From contig JAXLNO010000355.1 of the NCBI GenBank assembly GCA_038087875.1, forward strand, positions 1 to 64,000: a DNA stretch of 64,000 bases. The letters run 5' to 3'. The stretch is from Malacoraja senta. Its lineage: Eukaryota. Positions 37,751 to 50,450 of this stretch are shown here, piece by piece. A program made the translations under genes and the position numbers. Positions within the stretch are counted from its first letter, which is position 1. The number at the start of each line of letters is the position of its first letter. The notes under the pieces are model-generated. The model did not search any database, was not told where the DNA came from, and saw only the letters and a list, made by a program, of their open reading frames with translations.

Positions 37751-38354
37751 CATATTTAATCTTTCTGGTGCTGTCGTCACATGAGATTGTCTGGAGTTGG
37801 CATTCCTACTGAGCATGGAACTAAACCCCAGTTTCTTCATACTGTACTGTTCGGGTTATTGAAATCGGCGAAGCCTTAGTAATTTTTGCAGATGTAGCGA
37901 TTAGAATGAGAGTGCTGCAGAACTTCTGTGGACATCTGTTCGTTTCTGCATCACATTAAAATCACTACTTCTGATCAGATGTGTCAGCTGGTTACCAGCC
38001 TGGGATGCAAGGTTGTTTGACTACAGGTTTTCCCATCTTTTAGTTGGATGATACAAACATGATAATTGGATATATAAACATTACAAGGAGCCAGATTGGC
38101 AATACTCTGAATTTACAATGTATTTCTTAGTGTTGGGAGCTTCAGGAAGTTAAAGGCTTACAGAATTATTATTTTTAATATGCTTGACCCTGCCTCTGAG
38201 CCATCACATGAGCCATTGCTTCATCTATACATAGAAATTGTAAATGTACTTTAATATTCCTTCAAATATTTTTAAAACAAATGCTGGTTGTTCTGAATTA
38301 TTAATGGCTATTGATTTTTAATTGCAATGCATTTGTGGGTTAAATTTTAAAATG

Positions 38355-38690
38355 GGGCAGCACAATGGCGCAGCGGCAGAGTTGCTTCGTTGCAGCCCCA
38401 GAGAACCGGGTTCATTCCTGACTACGGGTGCTATCTGTACGGAGTTTGTACACTCTCCCTATGACCGCGTGGCTTTCCTCTGTATATGGAACACTCTCTG
38501 CACACTCAGTGCTCTAGTTTCCTCCATTCTAAAGACATGCAGGTTTGTAGGTTAATTGGCTTCTGTAAATTGTCCTTAGTGTGTAGGATAGAAATAATGT
38601 GCAGGTGATTCTTGGTTGGTGTGGAGTTGGTGGGCCAAAGGGCCTGTTATCACGCTGTATCTCCTAAATGTAAAAACTAAAACTTAAACT
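38355..38690 (+). mobile_element. V-SINE (HE1-like)
   Basis: GGGCAGCACAATGGCGCAGCGG head and an (ACTAA)n-like tail. Confidence 0.8.
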
Positions 38691-39167
38691 AAAGGTGAAT
38701 TCTTAAATTATTCAATTGACAGGATAGATACTTGGAGGGCGGGAGGATGTCTAGCAGATTTAAAACAGGGTGGCATTTATAATTGGGGTGGAGAGCAGTC
38801 CCTTCTTTTATCATGCTGGAGCCATTAAAGACTATGGTTGATCAACTGTTGAGTATATTCCATATGGAAATTGATCAACGGCACTGCGGATGCGGGGATC
38901 GAGTGTGCAAGTAGGCTTGATGCATAGATTCAGTCATGATCTCATTGAATAGTGGAACAGACTCCAGGGAAGTGTGGCTTCCTCCCTTTTCTTACAATTT
39001 TTAGTTCTTCCTTCATTTTCCGTGCTTCATTTCATTTTGACAAAGGCGATAATTAAAGTTTAAATAAGAAACTGCAATTACGCTGGACCACAACATCATG
39101 TGACTTCTCCTCTTGTCCAGTTTTGTACCTGATGCTTCCAAAGATTTATTAGTTCTCCTCTTAATAT

Positions 39168-39925
39168 CAGCTGTGGCTCAGTGGGTTGCGATCTTGGCTT
39201 TGTGTCTGAAGACTGTGGGTTGAAGTCCAATTCGAGAGAATTTATTACAAAAATCTAAGCTCACATTCCAATATTATACTGAGGACTGTCAACGATGCAG
39301 GTGATTAATTAATTGATTGAAAGATACAGCATGGAAACAGGCCCTTCAACCCATCAAATCCACACCGTCCAGCAATCACCTGTTCACACTAGCTCTATGT
39401 TATCCCACTTATTCGCCCACTGGCTACATACTCAGGGCAAATTTACAGAAGCCAATTAACCTACAAACACGCATGTCTTTGGGATGTGGGACGAAACCGG
39501 AACATCCAGAGGAAACCCATGCTGTCACAGGGAGAACGTGCAATCTCCACGCAGACAGCACCTGAGGTCAGGATCGAATCCAGGTCTCTGACGCTGTGAG
39601 GCAGCAGTTCTACCAGCTGCGCCACTGCTAGACGTTAAGCCGTTGGGCCATCTAACTACTTGGTAGATGTAAAATATCCCATGACGCTACTTTGAAGAAG
39701 AGCAGGAGACTTCTACATGGTGTCCTGGGATCAATATGTACCCTCAAGCAACAACACAAAAAAACAACTAGTGCTTATCACATTGCTCTCCGTGGGAGCT
39801 TACTGTATATTAATTGACTGCTATATTTCCTGCGCTATATCTATATTTCAAAAGCACTTCATTGGCTGCAAAGCACTTTAGGAAAGGGAAGTGAAAGGTT
39901 CCACATAAATACAAGTATTTCTTCT
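39168..39925 (+). mobile_element. Deu/SacSINE1-like SINE with a nested minus-strand V-SINE (about 39315-39630)
   Basis: tRNA head GCTGTGGCTCAGTGG. Deu-like body GATGTAAAATATCCCATG...GAAGAAGAGCAGG...TGTCCTGG, recognised from memory of the family. Confidence 0.6.
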
Positions 39926-40313
39926 GCCACAAGAATAGTATTGCTTTCACATAAAGCAAGTGGAAATGCTATTTAGCGGTACAATGATTATAGACCATTG
40001 TCTGAACAAAAGATCATCAGACAAAGCAAAATGTCGTGTTCATCTTTGATATAAACCTGCATCTGCAGTTCCTTCCTACGCACAAAGCGAAATGTTTTGG
40101 TGTACCTCCTAGGAAGACAGTAAAATCAAACCTAAGGACAATCTAATGATCCTTTTCTGCAAATCGAGCTTCCAATATGGAGCAAAATACAAACTGCTGA
40201 AGAAATTCAGTGGGTCAGGCAGCATCTGTAGTGGGAAAAGGAAAGTCAATGTTTTGGGTCAAAACCCTGCATCAGGATCTAGCATTACTATTCAATCCTG
40301 GGGACTCTGGATC

Positions 40314-41130
40314 ATGAATGAATGAATAAGTTTATTGGCCAAGTATTCACATACAAGGAATTTGCCTTGGTGCTCCGCCCACAAGTGACAACAACATACA
40401 GTGACAGTTAGGAATGACACATAAAACATTAAACATTAATAATAAAACATTATTGATTAAACATGTGAATTAAATAAAATACCAGAGCAAAAGGAGGTTA
40501 CAGATTTTAGGTTATTGACTAGAGCTACTACTCGTGGAAAAAAATGTTTTTATGTCTGGCTGTGGCAGCTTTGACAGTCCAGAGTCACCTTCCAGAGGGA
40601 AGTGATTCAAAGAGTTTGTGGCCAGGGTGAGAGGGGTCAGAGATGATCTTACCCACTCGCTTCCTGGCCCTTGCAGTGTACAGTTCATCAATGGAGGGAA
40701 GGTTGCAGCCAATAACCTTCTCAGCTGATCGAGCGATTCGCTGCAGCCTCCGGATGTCGTGCTTGGTGGCTGAGCCAAGCCAGATCATGATGGAGAAGGT
40801 GAGAACAGACTCTACAATGGCCGTATAGAATTGGACCATCATTGCCTGTGGCAGATTGTGCTTCCTCAGCTGCCGCAGGAAGTAGATCCTCTGTTGTGCC
40901 TTTTTGACTGTGGAATCGATGGTAGTCCCCCATTTAAGGTCCTTGGAGATAATGGTTCCCAGGAACTTAAGACTCCACAGATGTGACTGTGGTGTTGTTG
41001 ATGGTGAGTGGGGTGAGCTGAGGGGAAGCTCTCCTAAAGTCTACTATCAATTCCACTGTCTTAAGAGCATTGAGCTCCAGGTTGTTGCGATGGCACCAGG
41101 CCGCCAGCTGTGTCACTTCCTGTCTGTAGA
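40314..41130 (-). mobile_element. Rex1/Babar-like LINE 3' fragment
   Basis: Minus-strand FYTAIVESVLTFSI...IISDPSHPGHKLFESLPSGR with a (TTCA)n tail. Confidence 0.8.
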
Positions 41131-42509
41131 TAATGGACAATAGAAGCTACTTGGTAACACTGCATAAACAAAGGCACTAAATGTTACTACTATTGTGCAA
41201 ATATCCATTTGATCAGAACAGGCAATTTATCCAGCTTTCCCAGAGAAGGTAGGTCAATTAATTTGACACTGAATACACTTACATACGGACAAAAAAACAC
41301 CCAGTCCTTGTGGAAGTTAAACCAACGACCCATTCACCTTCTCTGGTGGACATTCAGGACCTCTTGGAATCATTTTGAAGATGGACAGGGGATTCTTCCT
41401 AGATGTTCTTGGTCTCAGCACTTCTCTTCACCAGGAAAAAATCCAGACATTCTCACATTGCATGGTGTGGGGCTTGCTCTGTGCAAATTAACTGACAGGT
41501 TTTTAACATCGCTGGAGTAAGTATATTTCAAAGAGTATTTTATTGGCTGTAAATTGCTTTGAAAGGTTTTGAGGTCATGAAAGATAATGTATATATGTGC
41601 ATGTCTCCAAATATGAAATAGACTGAGGAAGGCAAAAACAAGGAACTGCAGATGCTGGTTTACACAAAAAGACCCAAAGTGCTGGAGTAACTCAGCGGGT
41701 CAGGCAGCATCTCTGGGGAACATGGATAGGTGCCATTTCGGGTCAAGGCCTGAGACCCAGTGATGCTGCCTGACCCATTAAGATACTTCAGCACTTTGTG
41801 TCCCATCGTAAAATGGACTGAAATTGATTGTTCACTTCATAGAAGTGTGTATCGTACTTTTGTGCTGATAATGTAAATCCACAGAAAGTCAGCATTCAAA
41901 TAATTTTAACAACTTTGGTTCAATTTAGTATCAGAAAAAATTCAGTATTAACTACGTTTATTTAAATATATGAATTTTGTTTATCCATTTTAGCACGTAA
42001 GATTTTTATGAATTGTTGAATTAGCGTGTATTCATTGGCTTTCTTAGTGTTACGTTCACTTAAACATCACTAATTCTGTTTAAAGTGGGTTAGTAATGTG
42101 GCTTTTTAGAGTGGCTGAGTGAATACTGTGCCTTTTGAGAATATAATCAATGATTCAAGTGGAATAATTTGTCAAGCATAAAGTAATCTCAATTCTTACT
42201 GCAGCTTTTAGTCATGGAGATTATGATTCACAACTCATCATAACGACTCCAGGGCAGAAAGGGTTACATTCAGAGGTTGGGTTTATGTTTCTTCGAGAGC
42301 AGAAGATAAAGAGCTGATCTCACCAAGGAGTTTCAGAAGATTGAAGTATTTGCGAAATTAGATGGGGTGGACGTATTTCACCCTGGTGGGGAGAAGCCCA
42401 GAAAAGGTGGATCAAACCTTGTACCAAGAAGCGGGTGATTCTGGAGGTATGTTGGGAAACACTGATGACAATCTGAACCTCTCTCCCATAAAATGCTCTT
42501 GAGGCCAGA

Positions 42510-43165
42510 TATGCTAATGGAATGTTGGCCTTCATAACAAGAGGATTTCAGTATAGGAGTAAAGAGGTTCTTCTGCAGTTGTATAGGGCTCTGGTGAGAC
42601 CACATCTGGAGTATTGTGTACAGTTTTGGTCTCCTAATTTGAGGAAGGACATCCTTGTGATTGAAGCAGTGCAGCGTAGGTTCACGAGATTGATCCCTGG
42701 GATGGCGGGACTGTCATATGAGGAAAGATTGAAAAGACTAGGCTTGTATTCACTGGAGTTTAGAAGGATGAGGGGGTATCTTATAGAAACATATAAAATT
42801 ATAAAAGGACTGGACAAGCTAGATGCAGGAAAAATGTTCCCAATGTTGGGCGAGTCCAGAACCAGGGGCCACAGTCTTAGAATAAAGGGGAGGTCATTTA
42901 AGACTGAGGTGAGAAAAAACGTTTTCACCCAGAGAGTTGTGAATTTATGGAATTCCCTGCCATAGAGGGCAGTGGAGGCCATTTCACTGGATGGATTTAA
43001 GAGAGAGTTAGATAGAGCTCTAGGGGCTAGTGGAGTCAAGGGATATGGGGAGAAGGCAGGCACGGGTTATTGATAGGGGACGATCAGCCATGATCACAAT
43101 GAATGGTGGTGCTGGCTCGAAGGGCCGAATGGCCTCCTCCTGCACCTCTTTTCTATGTTTCTATG
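42510..43165 (+). mobile_element. CR1 LINE 3' fragment
   Basis: ORF 42522-42965, near-identical to the copy at 62555-63890. Confidence 0.92.
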
Positions 43166-45344
43166 AGCTGCAAACTTAAAAACTGAGATTGATGAGCTTT
43201 CGTTGATCGAGGGGATTACTGAACCAAGACGGGGAGATGGAGTTATGCTTCACATCAGCCATGACCTAATTGCATGCTGGAACCGGCTCAAGGGGCTGAA
43301 TGGTCTGGTCCCATTTCACTGATCCAGTAAAGGGCACCCACTCTAAAAAAGCCAGATTGTTGTAAAAATATCTAGGAATCCTGATTCACGTTGTGCTGTT
43401 TTAAGCTTTGCTTTATGCAAAGTTCATTACCTGCAATGATAAGCATGCAATTCGCACATTCAAATAACAATGCACAATTTGTGTATAATTGCGATTATGA
43501 CAAAAGAGACTCGTTATATGAAATTAAAGTGCATGCTTCCAAAGGCACAATAAATGAACGCCATCTCTCACTGTCACGTACAATATATACACGAGCCTAG
43601 CGAAATAACACTGTCTGACCCCAACTGTAGCCACATTATTTATTGCATTCCACTAACCTATTGACTTAGTGTTACATATAATTGTTTTACAGGACTCTTG
43701 TACTTTACCCTAATAAGTATTCACTTGTCAAATGGCTTAATGGGGATCATGAATTAATAAAGGTATCAAGAGTTAATCAGTATCTTAATTCAATATTGAA
43801 ATCAGATCTATATTTGGCAGTTCATGATATTTTGATTTAAAGAGCTTTTTGTGTGTAACTAGATTGAACACAGAGCATGAATGTATTAATATTAAATGTG
43901 CCTGTTCTAAATCTATAAAAATAAGATGAAACTATAATAACCCCATGGACCTAATAAAATCTACATTGTGTGTTTTTGCATAATATTTTCATTCATCACA
44001 ACAGGGCACAGAGGCAACATTTGTTTTATTCTGTTAATTCCTGCCTAGGGCTTCCCTTGCCAATATCTTCATTGTTTTAGAGTCTTTTATTACAATCTTT
44101 GACAACATTATCTTCACGACAGAGAGAATTTTCCCAATTAAATAAATCGTTTAATTTAAATTAAAACCGACTACAGTAATTTATTGATCTTCGGGGACAA
44201 ACAGGGAAGGCATCAAATGTTGACTGTCATTAGCTTTAATAAAGCACAGAGGGGGGAGTGGCTAAAGAGAGTGCTTGATGACTCCCAAGAACCCACAGCA
44301 TTTTTGCCAGATTTATCCTTGGTGAAAACCTTGAATATTGTTTTATCTTCAGAAATGTAAATGTATCTTCCTCAATTTTGTATCAGCTCACCTTTTCCAC
44401 ATCCAACAATGGACCATTGTGGGCTCTACCTTTCCATGATCATCGTTTCTGACTCTGATTTGTTCTTTTCATACCTTTCATTAATTTGTTCTTTCTTCCA
44501 TTTCATATCTCTAGTTTCCCTCTCCCCTGACTCTCAGCCTGAAGAAGGGTCTTGACCCGAAATGTCACCTATTCCTTTTCTATAGAAATGCTGCCTGACC
44601 CGCTGAGTAACGCCAGCATTTTGTGTCTACAGTTAAATTAATTGAGCCCGTGAGAGTTACAAAGTAATGGGATAGCAGTCAAAGGGATTGCAGTAATGTT
44701 AAAATTGGCCTTTGCATTCGGGACAGGAATACATATTTCCTACTCTAAATTATTCCCGCCGGGAATCCCGTTTGAAATATTTCTGTTGGATATGTGTTGT
44801 TGCTCTGCTAGGTATCAACAGGATCAGAACCTGCAAGATGATCTTCCGCTCACTTCTTACAGGTAAATAATGGAGAGGTGCATATGGTATTGGGGGTCAC
44901 TGAGACCATGAACCACACAGCAGGGGAGGTGAAGACCACACCGTAAGATTCTCATGTCCAGAGCATCATCTAAGACATTGCTACATTTGCACGGTTCACT
45001 CACCCTCGCATCTGCTCTCCTTAGCGAGTAAACCAGTCACATCCAGGCCATCTGACTGACATTGGAGATTGACAATTATTTTTGTGGAAATCATATGGAT
45101 GATAATTGAGGTAGATCAATTCATGAGAATCCTATCCAATTGTAAATGTTCAGTCCTACTTAACTATCTTCACTCAGTGCAAGTCCTATTCACCCCTCTG
45201 GCCCTGTTCTCACTGACCTGCATCGAATGCCAGTCTAGAACATGGTAGTGGGAGGCTTGATTTGATTTGCTCGCCCCTCCCTCTGAAATCAAGTCCCTCT
45301 TCCCATCCCAATTTCCTTCACCCCATGCCCCAGGCTATGGAATT

Positions 45345-48075
45345 ATAGACAATAGGTGCAGGAATAGGCCATTCGGCCCTTCGAGCCAGCACTGCCATTC
45401 ATGGTGATCATGGCTGATCATCCACACTCAGTACCCCGTTCCTGCCTTTTTCCCATATCCCCTGACTCCGCTATCTTTAAGAGCTCTATCCAACTCTCTC
45501 TTGAAAGCATATGGAGAATTGGCCTCCACTGCCTTCTGAGCCAGAGAATTCCACAGATTCACAACCCTCTGTGTAAAAATGTTTTTCCACATCTCCGTTC
45601 TAAATGGCTTACCCCTTATTCTTAAACTGTGGCCCCTGGTTCTGGACTCCCCCAACATCGGGAACATGTTTCCTGCGTCTAGCGTGTCTAAAACCCTTAA
45701 TAATCTTATATGTTTCAATAAGATCCCCTCTCCTAAATTCCAGAGTATACAAGCCCAGCCGCTCTATTCTATCAACATATGACAGTCCCGCCATCCTGGG
45801 AATTAACCTCGTGAACCTACGTTGCACTCCCTCAATAGCAAAAATGTCCGTCCTCAAATTTGGAGACCAAAACTGCACACAATACTCCAGGTGTGGTCTC
45901 ACTAGGATCCTGTACAACTACAGAAGGACCTCTTTGCTCCTATACTCAACTCCTCTTGTTATGAAGGCCAACATGCCATTCGCTTTCTTCACTGCCTGCT
46001 GTACCTGCATGCTTACTTTCAGTGACTGATGAACAAGGACCCCCAGATCTCGTTGTACTTCCCCTTTTCCCAACTTGACACCATTCAGATAATAACTGCC
46101 ACCCAGCTTTGTGTCATCTGCAAATTTGCTAATGTTACTTTTAATCCCATCATCTAAATCATTAATGTATATTGTAAATAGCTGCGGTCCCAGCAGCGAG
46201 TCTTGCGGTACCCCACTAGTCACTGCCTGCCATTCTGAAAGGGACCCGTTAATCCCTATATTTTTGTTTCCTGTCTGTCAAACAATTTCCTATCCATGTC
46301 AGTGCCCTTCCCCTAATACCATGTACTTTAATTTTGTCCACTAATCTCCTATGTGGGACCTTATCAAATGCTTTCTGAAAGTCCAGGTACACTACATCCA
46401 CTGGCTCTCCCTTGTCCATTTTCCTAGTTACATCCTCAAAAAATTCCAGAAGATTAGTCAAGCATGATTTTCCCTTTGTAAATCCATGCTGACTCGGACC
46501 GATCCTGCTAATCCAAATGTGCTGCTATTTCATCTTTTATAATTGACTCCAGCATCTTCCCCACCACCGATGTCAGGCTAACTGGTCTATAATTCCCCGT
46601 TTTCTCTCTTCCGCCTTTCTTAAAAAATGGGATAACATTAGCTACCCTCCACTCCACAGGAACTGATCCTGAGTCTATAGAACATTGGAAAATGATCACC
46701 AATGTGTCCACGATTTCCAGAGCCACTTCCTTAAGTACCCTGGGATGCAGACCATCAGGCCCTGGGGATATATCAGCCTTCAGTCCCATCAGTCTACCCA
46801 ACACCATTTCCTGCCTAATGTGAATCTCCTTCAGTTCTTCCATCACCCCAGATACTCTGGCCACTAGAACATCCGTGAGATTGTGTCCTCCTTGGTGAAG
46901 ATGGATCCAAAGTACCTGTACAACTCGTCTGCCACTTCCTTGTTCCCCATAATAGTAGGCCCTTCTCGGTCATGACTGACCATGGGTGATGCATCCTGGT
47001 TGGATGCAAGCCTGAGCAATGTCATATGGAGGACAGGTTGTTGCCCAAGCAGCATGTCCCCCCTCTCCACATCGCTGATCAATCCAAAGGAACAGCAGGG
47101 CCGTTACAGTTTGGCACCAGTGCCATCGCAGGAGCTGCCAGAGTGAGGTTGTAGACAACGACGAACTCCGCATTTTCTTGAGGTTTACTCCTGGAGCCTT
47201 TTCCATGACTGGATATGGCCACAAGGCAATGGAGGTTTTAAATCAGTTTTCCCTCTCCAAGATGGACTGCCTTTCCAGGCTGACGATCTCCTTTATAAAT
47301 TCACCTGTTTCAGTCTTCAAGGGTCCAAGTTTGGTCTTAACTATTTTTTTCCTCTTCACATACCTAAAGAAGCTTTTACTATCCTCCTTTAGATTCTTGG
47401 CTAGCTTACCTTCATACCTCATCTTTTATAGAAAATAGACAATAGACAATAGGTGCAAGAGTAGGCCATTCGGCCCTTCGAGCCAGCACCGCCATTCAAT
47501 GTGATCATGGCTGATCATCCCCAATCAGTACCCCGTTCCTGCCTTCTCCCCATATGCCCTGACTCCGCTATTTTTAAGAGCCCTATCTAGCTCTCTCTTG
47601 AAAGCATCCAGAGAACCTGCCTCCACTGTCCTCTGAGGCAGAGAATTCCACAGACTCACCACTCTCTGTGAGAAAAAGTGTTTCCTCGTCTCCGTTCTAA
47701 ATGGCTCCCCGTATTTTCTCCCCATATTGCCTTTTTAGTTATCTTCTGTTGCTCTTTAAAAGTTTCCCAATCTTCTGGCTTCCTGCTCATCTTTGCTATG
47801 TTATACTTCTTCTCTTTTATTTTTATACTGTCCCTGACTTCCCTTGTCAGCCATGGTCGCCCTTTACTCCCCTTGGAATCTTTCTTCCTCTTTGGAATGA
47901 ACTGAAGCCTGCACCTTCTGTATTATTCCCCAAAATACCTGCCATTGTTGTTCCACTGTCATCCTTGCTCGGGTATCATTCCAGTCAACTTTGGCCAGCT
48001 CCTCCTTCATGGCTCCATAGTCTCCTTTGTTCAACTGTAATACTGATACTTCCGATTTTCCCATCTCCCTCTCAA
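45345..48075 (-). mobile_element. Longer CR1 LINE remnant with internal deletions and nested insertions
   Basis: Minus-strand [43 protein letters not shown]. Interrupted at 46955-47294 and by a second CR1 tail at about 47428-47710. Confidence 0.88.
46955..47294 (-). mobile_element. Short RTE-derived non-autonomous element inserted in CR1
   Basis: Splits CR1 CCCATAATA|AATTCACC with an ATA duplication. Minus strand has an RTE 5'UTR-like GGCAGTCCATCTTGGAGAGGGAAAACTGATTTAAAACC and a TACTATTAT tail. Confidence 0.55.
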
Positions 48076-50239
48076 ATTCCTTCCTAAACCTCTCCACTGC
48101 TCTCTTCTCTCCAAGTCATATCTTAACTCCACCATTTATCTCAAGAGCTTGCCCATCTACTTTTGTGGCTCAATGTCAGTCCTTGTGTAATGACCGGTTG
48201 GAAATTGCCAGCAAAGTTTCACAACTGCTGCAACTACTGCAAGTTGTTGTTGCCATGGGAAGCTGTGGACCTACCAATACCCCTGGAAATGCTTTATATG
48301 AGTAGTGAAATAATAGAAGCAAGGGAAATTGCCGTTTTGATTTATTAGTCTGCTTATTCACACGTGAACCTTGGTAGTGGGATGCTTGATCAAAAGCTAC
48401 ATTATAGTTAAATCTGACAATTTTCATATAACCACCAACTATGGTATAGTTGGCATCATCTCCCTTGGTTTAGGTAAGAATCAATACCTGTCTTTAAGCA
48501 TATTGATGTTGAGAGAAAATTCCGATTCCCTAGTGATGTGGTTGAATCTTCCAGCCTTCACCACCCCACCCAACCTGTGTGTGCTGATCTCACTGACTTG
48601 CATTCACTGCCAGTCCAGAAAATACATCTATCTTAAAGTTCTCAGTCTTTCAGATTTTCAGATCCTTGTAGGATCTCAGCCCTCCCTCTAAAATCACTTC
48701 TCTCTTCCAATCCAGGCCCCTTTTCCCATCCTGATTTCCATCATCCCATTCATCCATCTGATCACCATGTGATCATATATAACTACCCTGGAAATGTAAT
48801 GAACATTGTGAAACAGTAGCTCCACATGGAATCAATGCCCTTTAAAAGCCAAGCTATTTATTTCAAACAAGCACGGTAATATAAAGATAAAAGACACTGC
48901 ACTGCTTGTGCAATGCAACATTTAAGTCATTTAATTGCAGTAGAAACTGAATAATAAAGCCAGGACACAGATTATTTGGTGTTGTGACCACAAATTATTT
49001 CAATGTCATATCATATCCAGAACAATTTGATATTTGCAATTTGGATCATTATTTATATTTGCAGCTTGTGCATTTATTTTTCATAGAATCGCACAGCATA
49101 GCAGACCATTCAGCCCATCATTCCTGTCGGCTTTTGAAGGCGTTCTAAAAGCACAATATGATGAAAGGTGATCAACCTGAAGTGTTGACACTGTTTCTCT
49201 CTCCATGGATCCATGGATCTTGCATGAGCTGCTGAGTGTTCCAGCATTTTCTGTGTTTTTGTGTATATATTTGACAGATCTTGCCAATTAGTCCCAATCT
49301 CCTGCTCATTCCCCACAGGCTAAAATTTTGTTTCTGGTGTTTCTTCAGAGAATCTATTTGTTTTTCCACAAATGGAGATTAGGCTCCAACAGTCATGTGA
49401 TGTACATACGAGTTCAGCAGGTGACGATAGTGACTACAAATGTACTTCACAGGCTATAACAAACTCTGGGGCATCCTGAGGTTGTGAAAGATGCTGCAGA
49501 AATCTTTCATTTCATGTCACCGAGGTGAGAAATAGCTAAAGATAGACACAAAAAGCTGCAGTAACTCAGTGGGTCAGACAGGATCTCTGGAGAAAAGGAA
49601 TAGGTGACGTTTCGGGTGACTAAGTTCCCTTGCACTACAAATGTATTTTATGTAGTATGCAATAAATGTGTAATGTAGTTCTGTTCCACTTCCAATGTCT
49701 GGTTCAACAGAAGGCAATAGAACTGAAATTTTAGAGGGAAGCTCAATGAACAGGTGCAGGTGGATCCAATGTTCAATGCTACCAATGTTGGACAATTTCT
49801 CCGCCTGCTCAAGTGCTATTTGCACAGTCATTTGGGGCTGGAATGCACAAGTTTAAAATGTAGCAGCAGAGGGACATTTAAACTCTTGAGCCAATTTCTA
49901 TTAACTAACGGTCAATCAGCATCTTCATTAGAGATTAGAGATTAGAGATTCCTTTATTTGTCATTTATTTGCATAAATTTCGTTGCCTGCAGTCATACAT
50001 ATAATAATAAATAAAAAACACACAATAAACACAAATTAACATCCACCACAGTGAGTTCACCAAACACCTCCTCACTGTGATGGAGGCAAAAGTCTTGTCT
50101 CATTCCTCTATAATCTAAAGAAATTAACTTCAAGTGATTAAGTTTTGTTTAAATAACAGTAATGGTAAAACTCAGATTGTTGTATAAAAAGCCCATCAGA
50201 TTCACTAATAGCCTTTAGGATAGCAAATCTGCTATCCTT

Positions 50240-50450
50240 GTGCTAAAAGAACAGTAGATGCTGGTTTACTACACAAAGGACACAAAATACTGGAGTACAC
50301 AGCGGGTCAGGCAGCATCTCTGGAGAACATGGATTGGACATTTCAGGTTAAAACCCTTCTTCAGTTAAACATTCCCGACCCGAAATGTCACCTATTCATG
50401 TTCTTCAGAGATGCTGCATGACTCTTTGAGTTACTCCAACATTTTGTGTC
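50240..50450. mobile_element. Penelope-derived foldback element with 16-bp TSD
   Basis: CAAATCTGCTATCCTT at 50224-50239 and 50451-50466; inverted arms. Confidence 0.8.

Noticed and set aside
38355..38430. tRNA gene
   Set aside because: tRNA-like A/B boxes are SINE heads followed by the V domain; no full cloverleaf.
42548..43063. Antisense 135-171 aa ORFs recurring over CR1 copies (also 62661-63176, 17389-17796)
   Set aside because: Shadow frames of CR1 ORF2, repeated only because the copies are homologous.
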